Notes under the pieces: model-generated
Database searches by the model: none
What the model was told of the DNA's origin: nothing
The model's input: the letters and a program-made list of their open reading frames with translations, nothing else
Program-made: the position numbers and the translations under genes
Source: Podarcis bocagei
Taxonomy: Eukaryota
DNA: 64,000 nucleotides
Strand: one strand, 5' to 3'
Assembly (NCBI GenBank): GCA_964188305.1
Contig: OZ076890.1
Shown: piece by piece, positions 13,206-25,944 of the stretch
Position numbering within the stretch: the stretch's first letter is position 1
Layout of the letters: every line of letters starts with the position of its first letter

Positions 13206-13463
13206 CATGTGACCAGCTTGCTCTTGGGGTAGCTGCCCTCTTTGGACCATCTCACAGCTCATCAGTCAGTGCGGTACAATCTATCTGCAATGCACTTGAA
13301 GTTCCACATATACAGACCCGATGGAAACATCCTACGGTGGATAACAAAGATTCCTTTTACATCAACCTCTACCCAGACTATGCAGCCATCAGCAGAGCAG
13401 TATTGGATTTGGTGCTATATTACAATTGGAAGATAATAACTGTAGTATACGAAGACAGTACAG
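13206..13463 (+). CDS. GRIK1: GRIK1 exon 3 (258 nt): [42 protein letters not shown]...[13 protein letters not shown]
   Basis: Translated by hand (the ORF track shows another frame); tacag| acceptor, CAG|gtaggc donor; phase 1-1. Confidence 0.97.
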
Positions 13464-15110
13464 GTAGGCATCACAACACTTTTTAAAACACACTGTTGTT
13501 TATTATTATTTATCAACTTTATATCAAAAAAGAGACCAAATGTATATATTTTCTCGATTTTCTCTACTTTTCCTTTGTGGAATATTTTCTTGCCACTGCA
13601 CACGAATGCAAGTACCGTATATATATAGATGACCACGTGTTTTCTGAACATCAATTGTGGATCAGACATTTTCCTTAATCAATTCCATTTCCTTAAAACT
13701 CACCGGTAGCTATTATGCGGACTTTTGCTGCCACAGGACAGAATATGACAAAGGGATCATTTTGAGCCAAAGAGTTCTTATCAGTAAACGGAAATTACAC
13801 CTGAAATTATTGTGCCTGAAGCCCCATTTTTCTCTGTTAATGTAACTTGTGTCACAGTGACTGAACCGGGTTCTTTGCTGCTTAATACTGCTGAGCTGTG
13901 GATTTACAGCCAGCTTCCCTCTGCTAGCTCATCAACTGTATAAAAAGTCCTTTCAGGAAGCCTGTGAACCTGAATGTTGCAGTTTGAGGCCTCGCTTTTA
14001 GCAGCCAAACTATGCTTTGTATCGTGCTACTACAATTTCCACTTGAATAATCATAATGGTTCATATTCTGTATTGGTTTGTGGATGCTTAAAAACTGAAA
14101 GGAGAGAATCAGTCTACCAAGGAAAAAAGTCAATTTTCCTCATGCAATGTGAGGCCTTGAGCTAAAGCCAATAGCTCGCAGCATAGCAATCACCACTTCA
14201 CATCAGAGGAAATAGGGTGATACTTTATGCTGCTTTATACTTCAGCTTGCATTCTATTAGTGCACTTCTAATGCCAGAGATGCTAAGTAGGTTTGCACAG
14301 GAAGTAAATCAAATGTGCTGGCAGGCTGATGATTCATTTTCAAAATTACCATTTGTCAAAAGGGCTTTTAGGCGATTCCTGTTTTAATTCAATATCTTTT
14401 TCTAAACAGCCCCATTATCCTTTGGCTTCATTGGAGAACATCATAAGGGTGTGTTTATGTGTATGAATGAGTAAACAAATTTTGTACATAACTGGACAGA
14501 GGCTGCAATATACTAAAGAAACTCTTGAATGTCTTTTTTTAAAGCAGAGGATTATTTACCTATTGACCTCAACAGACAGCAACCTAGTGTATTTTAAATA
14601 TTTGCAGCCTGATCCTCCACCCATATTTGGCTATAAACAGATTTGGAATATATTTGTAAGCACCCTTTCTAGGAAGTATGTCTGAATCAAGTTGGGCTTA
14701 CTTTTGAATAATTATAGGATTGTGCAATACACTTGACTCAAGTCAATGGAATCCAGCATCCTGCACCCCCACCCCACTGATTTCTGCATTACAGGACAGT
14801 GATTGTTTTTGTCAACCATGGCCAAATTATTCAACTCAGGACAGGTTGAAAGATAGCTCTATTTTCAAGAGAGATGAAGGCTTAGGAAACTGGCAGGTGT
14901 GTTCTGTCTGCTGACCTTCAGGGCTCTGGATAGTGATACCCTAGGCATCCCTTTGCTATTCAGTTCTACACATTGCTACTTGTTGATTTGGTTAAAGATA
15001 AAGATATGCAAATAAAGGGAGAATTTCCAGGTTTGGGGCAAGTACTCTTAGTGAGAGAACCCCAACAGAGAGTTAAAATCACAAAATATGCAGCAAAGTA
15101 AAGTGTAGGT

Positions 15111-16129
15111 TGTTAGACCTTTAAAATATCCTCTTCTAAGTTGCTTCCTAAATTACCCTCTTCCCTTAGCATAGAAAGAGACCACACATTTGTTAAGTTA
15201 AAAAAGGTTTATTTACAAACTCTTCAAAGGTCAGATTCATGTGTTTTCCCATAAAGCAGTTAGAAAACACAAGCAATAAAAAGTAGGTTATAAAAGGTGG
15301 CTGTTTCTAAATTATTTGTATAGAAACATAAAGGAGACTTGCTTAAGCCACACAGCTAAGCTGGATCAACCATCTTAGAACTCCTTACTGGTAAGGGTCA
15401 CATGGTGGAATGGGAAGGGCAAAGGCTAGATAAGCCTTATTCCCAAGTTGAGAAGAGTGACCTAACTAAGCCTGGCAGGACAGCTTACTCTATGGTCTTA
15501 ACCCCTTCATGCATTAATTAGAGTATGTTGGTTATATATGATTGATTATTCCACACTACTGAGTATCCATTTGTTTCAATGGGTTTTCTAGAATGGATAT
15601 TTTTGCAACCACTTCTGTTTCTATGCCCTCTTGTTTCTCCCTTAGGCCCAGCTAGCAACAGCCACTGCATTCCTACACCAGCTACTCTAGTTTTGGGCAC
15701 ATGGCTAACTTTGGGGGGGGGGGAATTGCCTCTCCCCAACTCCTCCTGGTTCCATTTTTGTCTGAGTCTTGAAGTTGGCCACCATGGTCACATGTCTCCC
15801 ATCTGAACAATGCTTTAAATGGCTTTTTGAAGTTTGCCAGCCTTCTCTGGAGTGTCCAGTAACTCCAGCAAACACAGCTGGGCTGATAAACTACATGGAG
15901 CAAAGAGAATCATTTTATAGCCCTCCAACAATGTGACAGAGAAGTTTAAAGCTGGGAAAGACAAGAAGTTAAAATCAAACAGATATTCCACTCCACCATT
16001 TCACAATGCTGACTCAAGGAAACAGAAAACAGACAGAGAACACAACCCTCCCCAGTTTCCATTTGACCATTGATGGGAGGGTGCAAATTAAATGTTGGCT
16101 GAAATATCAGACCAGCATTCATCTCAACA
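15111..16129 (-). mobile_element. Possible solo LTR
   Basis: TGTT...AACA ends, minus-strand TATAAA (~15915) upstream of minus-strand AATAAA (~15210); no TSD found. Confidence 0.3.
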
Positions 16130-16704
16130 CCTTGCTAAACTGGACCTGTCTTTGGATTCCTGGCTGGTTCTCTAACCACATAGAAGTTGACCACAAAATG
16201 CTTGCATAGTGCCAAGAGTCACAGCAATCCACTTTCACTAAACATGTGATCCACAAAACAGAAGGGGCAGGCCTTTCATTGCACTTTCTTTATTATTTCA
16301 TTGCTTACTGATCTTTAATGTAAATTAAATGCTAGGTTTTCAGAGTGTGACTTGATTAATATTAAAGGATATTGTGATCTGAGGCTCAGAGAAAGAGGCC
16401 CTGTGCTCTTTTGGGAGGAGGGTGTGGTATAATTTTAATAAGTAAACAATTATGTGCCAATAAGTTTCTAAATAGATTTTCAGGGTGTGTTTTTTTCCTG
16501 GGTGAAGGTGCCCATAAAGCAACAAGAAACTCCTTAAGCTTCACCAGTGAAAGATCTGATAAATGATATGCTAACACATTAAGCTTTTATATGGAGTAAA
16601 TTTGAAATATATTGCAGAATGGTGAAATTAAATGTTGAGTCTAAATGACAGTGAAGATTCATTGCACAGAGCAGCTATTTGAATGATTGGGTGTCATTTT
16701 CCAG

Positions 16705-16886
16705 GTCTAATTCGCCTGCAAGAACTCATCAAAGCCCCTTCTAGATACAACATTAAAATCAAAATCCGGCAGTTGCCCTCTGGGAATAAAGATGCCCGGC
16801 CTTTACTCAAGGAGATGAAGAAGGGCAAAGAGTTCTATGTGATATTTGATTGCTCACATGAAACAGCAGCAGAAATCCTTAAACAG
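16705..16886 (+). CDS. GRIK1: GRIK1 exon 4 (182 nt): [60 protein letters not shown]
   Basis: ttttccag| acceptor, CAG|gtaaga donor; within ORF 16683-16964. Confidence 0.97.
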
Positions 16887-17665
16887 GTAAGAAGGAAGAA
16901 AATGCCCATTTGTTTCTATCAAAGTTATCATGCCATCTGCTTTTCAGCTTCTGGGAAGCAATAAAACCGCATTCAGGTGGATTAGATTTTGACTCATTAT
17001 CACTGTGTTGAGCAGCTATTTTTCAACAGTGGGATTCTCTTTGAGCCCCTTTTGGACAAGCAAAACCTGTGTGAACATCTCTCAAAAGCCGATTTAAAGG
17101 CTGTGAACATGTGGAAGATTTCAAAGGTTACCTACCCTGTGCCTGGAGAGGCTCTTGCAGCTTTTAATGATGTCCTGTACGTGCGTAGAAGTCAGAACCA
17201 GCAGCTGAGGGTAAGCTCTCTAAACTGAGAGTTTCCTTAGCTCTCCCATATAGTAGTTCTGGGTTAGGATCCCAACCAAGAAAATCAGGCTGTAAAGCTC
17301 TTTAGCGCCTGATCTGCTATTGTGCTGAGATACATTCTGCAGGAATAGCATGCATGGTAGGCTGAAGTGCAAATGTGTATACCTGACTATGTGTATGTGA
17401 ATGTAATTATGTTGCAGCCACCAGAGGTTAGGAGCAGGAACTTCCCTCCTAAAATTTATAAGCCCAGCACAGTGCACTTGTTGGTGCACTGTTCATGGGC
17501 ATTGCCAATCACCCCCCCCCCATATTTTATTCAAGTTGGCACCCCTGCCCACCAGGATCCTGTGATAATGTGATTATTCGAGGAAGAATGAATGATTGGG
17601 CCTTCTATGAGTAGAATGCGCACAATTCCTGCTCAAATTAAGATTAGCAAAGCCTACATATGTGT

Positions 17666-18013
17666 GGATTGATGTTTTTGAATTATGGTGCTGAAGGAGA
17701 CTCTTGAGAGTCCCATGGACTGCAAGAAGATCAAACCTATCCATTCTTAAGGAAATCAGTCCTGAGTGCTCACTGGAACAACAGATCCTAAAGCTGAGGC
17801 TCCAATAAACCACCTCATGAGAAGAGAAGACTCCCTGGAAAAGACCCTGATGTTGGGAAAGATGGAGGGCATGACAGAGGACGAGATGGTTGGATAGTGT
17901 TCTCGAAGCTATTAACATGAGCTTGACTAAACTGCGGGAGGCAGTAGAAGACAGGAGTGCCTAGTGTTCTCTGGTCCTTGGGGTCACAAAGAGTCAGACA
18001 CAACTAAACAACA
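17666..18013 (+). mobile_element. BovB (RTE clade) LINE, 5'-truncated 3' end
   Basis: gactcttgagagtcccatggactgcaag, ctggaaaagaccctgatgttgggaaagat, ggggtcacaaagagtcagacacaact and CAA tail are characteristic BovB 3' motifs. Confidence 0.9.
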
Positions 18014-18464
18014 CATACATGTGAGGCCTTGGATTGGCATTTCATGCCCAAACACATCTCTTTGTCTGCTGCCTGTGTGCATGCACACCACTTGTTCATG
18101 CATAGGCTGTATACACAGTTATGAGCTCTTCAAAGAGCTGGGGGTATATCAGAGGCAGACTTTTGCAAAAAAAAATTGAGATAGAAACCCCATATCTGGA
18201 TAGACATCCGAATATTGGAGTTTTACACAATTGTGGAATGCAGATAATTAGATGTTTCTTGTACATGAAAACTGTAAAAAAAAAAATTCTAAGAAATTAT
18301 TCCCACTGTGCTCAACAGGGCTTACCTCTTTGAAATTTGTGTAGGATTGCAGCATTACAGTTTCACATAAGTATATTCTTTCAACAAACCCTGGTCCACT
18401 ATTCTTTCTTCAAGGATGTCTTTTTATCACGACATGAAAATTCTTCTCCCTGTCACATATAATA

Positions 18465-18663
18465 ATTTATAATAATTTATTATTTCTACCCCAGCCACTC
18501 TGGGCGGCTTTCAAAAGAACATTAAAAACAGAATAAAACTTCAAACATTAAAAACTTCCCTAAGCAGGGCTGCCTTCAGATGTCTTCTAAAAGTCAGATA
18601 GTTGTTTATTTCCTTGACATCTGAGGGTGTTCCACAGGGTGGGCGCCACTACTGAGAAGGCCC
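18465..18663 (-). mobile_element. L2-type LINE 3' end
   Basis: agccactctgggcggctt...aaaacttccctaa...gggctgccttcagatg is the reverse complement of the copy at 34655-34810. Confidence 0.75.
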
Positions 18664-18808
18664 ACAGAGGTAATATCTTCCTTTCATCAATTCACAGTGA
18701 GACTTCTGATGTATCTTTGAGACCACCTTTCTTCTGCCTCAAAAGTTGAGGGGGATCTCATGTTTAGCATAGCCTTCATAAAGGGTAGAGTCATGAGAAC
18801 TATTAGCA

Positions 18809-19126
18809 CAGGGGTAGGCAACCTAAGGCCCGGGGGCCAGATAAGGCCCAATCGCCTTCTTAATCCGGCCTGCGGACGGTCCAGGAATCAGCGTGTTTTT
18901 ACACGAGTATAATGTGTCCTTTTATTTAAAATGCATCTCTGGGTTATTTGTGGGGCCTGCCTGGTGTTTTTACATGAGTAGTGTATGTGCTTTTATTTAA
19001 AATGCATCTCTGGGTTATTTGTGGGGCATAGGAATTCGTTCATTATTTTTTCTTCAAAATATAGTCCAGCCCACCACATGGTCTGAGAGATGGCGGCCCA
19101 CAGCTGAAAAAGTTTGCTGATCCCTG
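18809..19126. mobile_element. hAT-Charlie non-autonomous element (OposCharlie1-like ends) with a 71-bp-period internal duplication
   Basis: CAGGGGTAGGCAA...TTGCTGATCCCTG; flanks tattagca / t-ttagca; duplicated block 18893-18956 and 18964-19027. Confidence 0.8.
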
Positions 19127-19580
19127 TTTAGCATCACCTGAGCTCAGCAAATCCCATTTCCACCTTACCCCCCCCCACCTCTGCTTCCCAGTATCAAGCA
19201 GTTTCTCCCAGGATAGAGAGTACTGGAGGCGTTTTTGGGTGATGAAGATCATGCAATCAACAAAGCAGAGTGGGATTAGATGAATCAAGTATAGATTAGA
19301 ACCTGTGCTTATCTGGGGAATCAACTCTATGGAGATTATTCTTTGTTTAGGGTTTAGGGTTCATGAGGGATACCACTGCTGTATCTTTCTGGGAAGCTGT
19401 CAGAGCTGGGGGAAACCCGAGAAGCTTTTTGATCATAGGTGATTAGGTAAGAAGCTGATGTCCCAGTGAGGCAATGAGAAGTCTGGAGGGTAGCTGGGTT
19501 GCCCAGAGGTGGAAGATTAAAAAGGTTAATAACAGTATTCCTACCTCCTCTAGTATTATGGAAACACAACATGTTGTCAG

Positions 19581-19582
19581 AT

Positions 19583-19617
<35 letters not shown>

Positions 19618-19620
19618 TTT
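19581..19620. repeat. (ATTT)10 microsatellite
   Basis: Read directly. Confidence 0.95.
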
Positions 19621-20007
19621 TATTGCATATACAAGCCAGTTTAAATTTTCCTTCATGGTAAGTGCACAACAAAAGCAAAATCTCAAACCACCTCCTCCCA
19701 CCACTGCTTTCTCTCCTCAGGATATTATTTCTTTCTTCACCTGAGAAAGTTTAATTTTCTATTCAGTTTTTCTAGTCAAGGGCTAATATGGCCACTTCTG
19801 TCTGATGTGACATATTGTGACCAAAGAATAACTACCCTTGTCATATTCAAACAGCAAGGAAAAGCAGTAAGTAATTATAAGTATAGCTGCTTGAATTTCC
19901 CCCAAGGATAAACTGCAGAGAGAAAATTCCATTTTCAGTATGATTATAGCCTGGAAATCTGAAGCCTTTATACGTCATACAGCAGAATATTATGGATGGT
20001 TGTTTTT

Positions 20008-20009
<2 letters not shown>

Positions 20010-20053
<44 letters not shown>
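20010..20053. repeat. (GT)22 microsatellite
   Basis: Read directly. Confidence 0.95.
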
Positions 20054-20055
<2 letters not shown>

Positions 20056-21302
20056 AGCTGAGGGAGAGATGATATTTTGCTTGAATCCTATCTGTAATGG
20101 AGATATGATTTCATGTTATTAAGTAAAGCCCCGGACAACACTGAATTCATATCTAATACTTCTTTGATGGAGTTTGTAACCTCTATGATCTGGAGAAAAT
20201 TGGCTGGTGGTATCTATACCAACAGATATCACCAAGCTGTTCAGTCAACAGATCTTATAACTCTGCTCAGTCTGTGATATTCTTAAATTCTTTGAACCAA
20301 AAAATTCTACGGAAAGAATTTACTAGTGATGAAAACTGAACCATCTAAGCATGCTAAGCTTGTGTCTTTTGATCTGAGTTTCAAAGTTAGTGGGAGTCAG
20401 ACACCTGCATTTTCCAGTTAATTTATCAGCCTCAAGACTTTTATTCTGTATTCTGCTGACAACTTTTCTGGATTTGGAGGAAAGGCATAAAAAGGGGGGT
20501 TGAAGGAAGCCTGCCAGAGAGAATGGAAGGATGCAGAGGTTAGCAATCATCTTTGACCTGAGAGAAGAGGTGGTGGTGTGTACAGCAAAACCAACCACTT
20601 TCTTGAGGTTCTAGCTTGCTAGCTGTGCTGTTGAGTCAGGATGTGGCTATGAGTGTGTGACCGCTAAAGGTGTTATTTTCATTCTCAGGGAAAGTTGTAC
20701 CTCCCACAGAGAGTTTCCTTTAAGTTACATAGATCTGAAACATATTAAGCCTTGAAAGCTATGCCTAATCATTCTTTTAGCTTTTTTGTGGCTCCTTCCA
20801 GCAATCAATTCTCCATAGGCATTCACCATTTAAAGAACAATTTCTTTGGCTACTCTGTCAAATTTATTGCTGTACATTTACACTAAAAGCTTGTACGCAG
20901 AAGGAGGCCACCCCAGGATAGCAATATGAGTTCATACTATACGGGGAGCACTTGAATACAACAGCAGCTGTTATCTGCTACTCTGTAGCTTGGAACTGAC
21001 TCTGTTTCACAAATCAAGCATTATCACCTTGATGAAGCTTGTTTCTACCATACCCTTCCCACTCCCCAAGTAGAGACAAGGACATTATAAGCTGCTTCCA
21101 AGTCTTGGCTTCCTCAGGTGTAATGGAGCAGTTACCATTGTGTTGTTGTTGTTGATATTCTCATTCTAAATCAGAATATTACGATATTCATAATCACAAT
21201 TTGGTAAGACTTTGACTGGCTAGTGCATGGTCTGAAGGCATATGACGCCTCCATTTTATAGCTAAGCATGCCTGGGGGCCTGGGGCTGATCAGTGTCTAG
21301 AG

Positions 21303-21434
21303 CAGGCTCAACCTTGGCCCCCCAGCTGTTTTGAGGCTGCAATTCCCATCATCCCTGACCACTGGTCCTGCTAGCTAGGGATCATGGGAGTTGTAGGCCA
21401 AAAACATCTGGAGAGCTGAGGTCAAGGAAGCCTG
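21303..21434. mobile_element. hAT MITE
   Basis: CAGGC...GCCTG ends; 8-bp TSD gtctagag/gtctatag; internal palindrome. Confidence 0.8.
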
Positions 21435-21938
21435 GTCTATAGGGAGGGCCCTTTGGGAAGCCCCGTGCATGCTGCCTTGAGTTCCATGATCGAATAAATA
21501 TGCTCAATAAAAATGACAATGCATGAAAGAGTTTTGCTGTTGTTGAAGGGGGGGAGGTACTGGTTCATCCAGTGTTCCAGAGTATGTGTGTCTGCTTTCC
21601 CCATAGCTCTCCCCTCAGAAGGAGAATTGGGGGCTATGGACAGGGAGTACAACCTTACAGTGGGAAAGCAGCAACATGTGTTAAAAACAAAGCATACCAC
21701 TATTCCTTCATTCACTAGTGCTGATTTCTATGCTGCTGATTATGTACAAACCAAAAACGTACCCGCACAAATGTATCAAATATGTTTTATCTGACAATTC
21801 TCCACTCCAGAGTTTGAAATCTTGTCCCAAACCCATTCCCTGAAAAATGAAACCTCACTTTCCCATTTCCATTTTTTAAACTAGCATACAGGTAAGGAAA
21901 GTAAGATAAGGCGCAATCTAGATATGAGGCTATTATCC

Positions 21939-21959
21939 CTCAGCACCACATACAGCACC
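21939..21959 (+). promoter_or_regulatory. RE1/NRSE-like (REST) site, imperfect
   Basis: CTCAGCACCACATACAGCACC versus consensus TTCAGCACCACGGACAGCGCC, 17/21; the central GG is AT. Confidence 0.35.
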
Positions 21960-22107
21960 ATGCTATTCTGTAGATCTGCAAAAGCAATATAAGCCCTGCA
22001 GTCACCTGCCATACAAATATGCTCATAATTTCTCGTGTAGATTGCTTATTATTTGTGTTGTGCTTCTCTCTCTGGCTTATCTCCTTCCCAATCTGCTTTC
22101 TCAACAG

Positions 22108-22161
22108 ATCCTCTCCATGGGAATGATGACTGAATACTATCACTACTTTTTTACAACCCTG
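22108..22161 (+). CDS. GRIK1: GRIK1 exon 5 (54 nt): ILSMGMMTEYYHYFFTTL
   Basis: Long pyrimidine tract, caacag| acceptor, CTG|gtaaga donor; phase 0-0. Confidence 0.96.
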
Positions 22162-23390
22162 GTAAGACATTTTGATAAATTTGTATCCATTACAGCAGTA
22201 GTAGCTAAAGACCTTCATCCCCTATGATCTGTGTGTCAACCATTATAGATGAAAAGTGCTTCTTAACTGTATTACTGTTGATAGCAAAGCCATCTTGCAA
22301 TAGAGGTGGCCTAGTATATCTGTCACACTCACCAAACCTATTTCCACCCCAGTCTCATTTCTCTGTGCTGCATAGGGGAAAATAGAATTGTATGCCTGTG
22401 AATCCATACTTCAAAACCATATCTAAGGAAATGGGGGGGGGGGGAATGGAGAGAACCAAATCTAGACTATTCAAAATTAGGGCATCTTATTTAACTCATT
22501 ACAGTGCTTCTCTATGTTAGTGGAAATGTTAATGTGCTAGAGTCATGCTACTCCATCCTAGTACTGCTATGTGATGAAGGCTAGGCAAAAATATTCCTAA
22601 ATAAAAGATACTTAAGGTGTCACATTTCTAGCTGTGTTCTACAAGACATAGGAGGTATATAGAAAGGAAACTAATTTGTCATCCCTTGTGAGACACTTTG
22701 TTGTTGCTTAAAGCCAATTAAACACGTTTTAGCTCATGGAATCTTTCCTTCCATAGGAAAGACTATCAAGCTTTTGCTTTGTATCCTATAATTTAAAGAA
22801 ACAATTGCGGTATTGTAAACATTGTGAAGTTTTAATAGTGGGACTGAAATCCTGCCAGAGATTGACAATGTTTCTTCGCAAGACTGTTGATATCAGCATC
22901 AACAATACTTTTCCTTGAAACAAATCCTGACAAGTGTCTCACACTTTTTGGGGGGTCCATGACATTGCTTATGAAATGTGTCACAAAAATAATATCACTT
23001 AAGGCCTCCATTATATCCCTGCTTTGCAAACTTCTAATGCACACAGAACTACTTCTTCACCAGCTTGAAACATATACAGTATCAGACACAGTGACTGCAT
23101 GTTACCAAAGCTGGCAAGGCAGCAGAAATATGGTGCTCATAAGTACTAAAACTGTGTTGTCCATCACACTGCTGTAAGCTTTTTTCATTCTCAGGGCTGG
23201 AAAGTTTGCTTAACATTGACCAGTCAATTTTTCAAGCTTTTCTTTCTTTTCTTTTCATTTGTAATAGCTGTAACATTATTACTGGGATAATATAAATCAA
23301 TACCAGGTACTGCACTGAAACTTGCTTATAAAATAATGTTGTGAGCATCTAATGTTTTATGTTCCAACAAATCAAACATGAGATATGTTA

Positions 23391-23557
23391 TAAATCCTAC
23401 TGTGCTCAAAGTTATTCAGATATTATAATGAATGTCATTTCTGGTGAGCTTGGAGTCTGGTGAGCTTAAAGTCAAGGTGGGGAAAATAAATCCTACTCAG
23501 ATCAAAGCTATTCAGATTTTATAATGAATGCCATTTTTGGTGAGCTTGGGATCAAGG
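23391..23557. repeat. Degenerate tandem duplication, 96-bp period
   Basis: taaatcctact...tattcagat...ataatgaatg...tggtgagcttgg starts at 23391 and 23487. Confidence 0.85.
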
Positions 23558-23742
23558 AAAAACAGTACAAGGCTAGGAAAAAAACAATTCCTTGGTTCAT
23601 GAGCCATGGCTTTGAAACCCATTGCTACTCTAGGTTGGCACTACTAGGCTACTGGCTTGACTCAATATATAGGATGGTGCCTTTTATCATTAATACAATC
23701 TATTCCTTTATTTTTCCCCAAAATGAAACCTTGATGATTTAG

Positions 23743-23916
23743 GATTTGTTTGCACTAGACCTGGAACCCTACAGATACAGTGGAGTCAATATGACTGGAT
23801 TTCGCTTACTCAACATTGACAATCCACAAGTGTCATCAGTTATTGAGAAGTGGTCAATGGAACGACTACAGGCACCACCCAAGCCAGAGACGGGTCTCCT
23901 AGATGGCATGATGACT
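23743..23916 (+). CDS. GRIK1: GRIK1 exon 6 (174 nt): [58 protein letters not shown]
   Basis: atttag| acceptor, ACT|gtaagt donor; phase 0-0. Confidence 0.96.
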
Positions 23917-24475
23917 GTAAGTGAAAGAGCACTGTCTACTATATCCACAAGGTCCATTTTCTGTCCACAATGTTGGCAGAAAATGGGGTCTGCTCTGTGG
24001 TCTTTCAGCTGCTTGATGAAGACTATTTTTTTATTTTAATGTCTGTTGAAAACCTGGTGTTGCTTAAAAGATTTGCTATACTGCTTTTCATCTCTTCTGC
24101 TGGAGGTTTTATGCTGTGGTGGTGGTGGTGATTTATTTCAGGTTTATAGTTGTCTTTTACAGTACAATCCTATGCATGTCTACTCAGAATAAGCCCCACT
24201 AAATACAATGAGGCTTACTCAAAGGCACGTGTGTGTATAGAACTGGAGCCTTAGCAAATCTAGCATTCTATGCCACCTAGAGAATTGTTACTGGGTAGCA
24301 AAATAAGGATTGTTAATAAATCATAGAAATGTAGAGTTGGAAGGGACCCTGAAGATCATCCAACCCAATAAATAGTAAGTTTGTGCCTTTGACTGTTGGA
24401 AATTTCAGCAGGTGTAGCTCTTTTCCTCATGTACAGTGACAAGCTACATCTTCTGTGAAGGATGACTCTGCTCGC

Positions 24476-25415
24476 ATGTCAGCTCAGCGTGCAACAGCTG
24501 TGAAAAAGGCAAATTCAATGCTAGCAATCATTAGGAAAGGGACTGAAAATAAAACTGCCAATATCATAAAGCTGTTACACAAATGCATTGTAGAAGCACA
24601 GTCGGAATGCTGTGTACAGTTCTGGTTGCTTCACTTCCGAAAGGATATTCTAGAGCTGGAAAAGGTTCAGAAAAGGGCAATCAAAATGATCAAGGAGATG
24701 GAGCAGCTCCACTATGAGGAAAGGTTACACAACATTTGGGGTTTCTTAGTTTAGGGGGGAAATGAGTAAGAAGGCGCATGACAGAAGTGTATAATATTAT
24801 AAAGTGAAGAAAGTAAATACTCTCTTATAATATTAGAGCCCATTGTTGTCCAGTGAAGTACAATACTAGAATACTCAAACAGGCAAAAGGAAGTATTTCC
24901 ACAAAGAGTGCATAGTTAAAATACAGGCAACTCTCAACTTACGCTGGGATTATGTTTCAGGGATTCCCTGTAAAGCCAAAACCATATAGTTAAAAACACA
25001 TAGGGTTTAATGGCAGGTGGGATTGCTAAAGTCTTTTTTCCCCAGATGACTGCCCCCTTTTTATTTTTCATTTTTTAAATTGTCAGGCGTGTGCAGCTAA
25101 ATGTGCACACGTTAAATGTGTGTAAGTTGCTAGTTACCTGTATTGTATTCGCTCCCACTGGATGTAGTGATGACCACCAACCTGGATGGCTTTAAAAGAG
25201 GATTGAACCAATTCATGGAGGATAAAGCCATAACAACTTAGGTTTAATATCCACTTGCAGAGGCAGTGTGCCTCTGAATAACTGTTTCTAGGAGCCGAAT
25301 GTGGGGAGAGTGCTGTTGTACTCAGGTCTGGCTTGCAGGCTTCCCAAAAACATATGGTTGGCTACTATGAGAACAGGAGTAGATGAGCCTTCGGTCTGAT
25401 CCAGGAGGGGTCATC
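24476..25415 (+). mobile_element. CR1 LINE 3' portion (ORF2 C-terminus and 3' UTR) interrupted by a MITE
   Basis: ORF 24455-24754 (VKKANSML...CVQFW...ELEKVQKRAIKMIK...YEERL) is a CR1 ORF2 signature; continues ggatggctttaaaagaggatt...ttcatggagga. Confidence 0.88.
24924..25140. mobile_element. Tigger-like MITE nested in CR1
   Basis: TA|CAGGCAACTCTCAACTTAC...GTAAGTTGCTAGTTACCTG|TA. Confidence 0.8.
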
Positions 25416-25944
25416 TTAGGTTTTTATGATGGTTATTATAGGTAAACAATTTAAAACTGGCTCCCATTTGTAATTTGTGGTTAAAGCCAGGTCCTAGATC
25501 TGAAAGATTATATGGGAAGCACTGCTCACAACAAGTTAAGACTTTAAATTTATTCTCAAACAAAGCTATTGATTTTATGCCAATCCTAATTTGTACACCA
25601 ACAATGATCACAGATCTGTACTATATTAAGAACTGTTAGTAAATTCAGATCACATTTGATTGCTAAACTATCTAGTATTTATAAGTAGTGTAAGTAGGTC
25701 AATGAAGCATAGAATTAATCTATTAATTTCCCAAAATATTTGCAGTGTGTGAAGTTTTATAATAAATAATAATATGTCTCATTAAACAGATGAGTCTTTA
25801 ACTCTATCCATTGGTCTTATAGACTCAACAAACCTCTGTCGTTTAAATGTATAATTGCTCACTAAGGGCCTGATCCAAAGAAGTTTTGCTGGTTCCGAAA
25901 ACTAATGTCTAAAATTAGACATTACTCTTACATAATCACAGATA

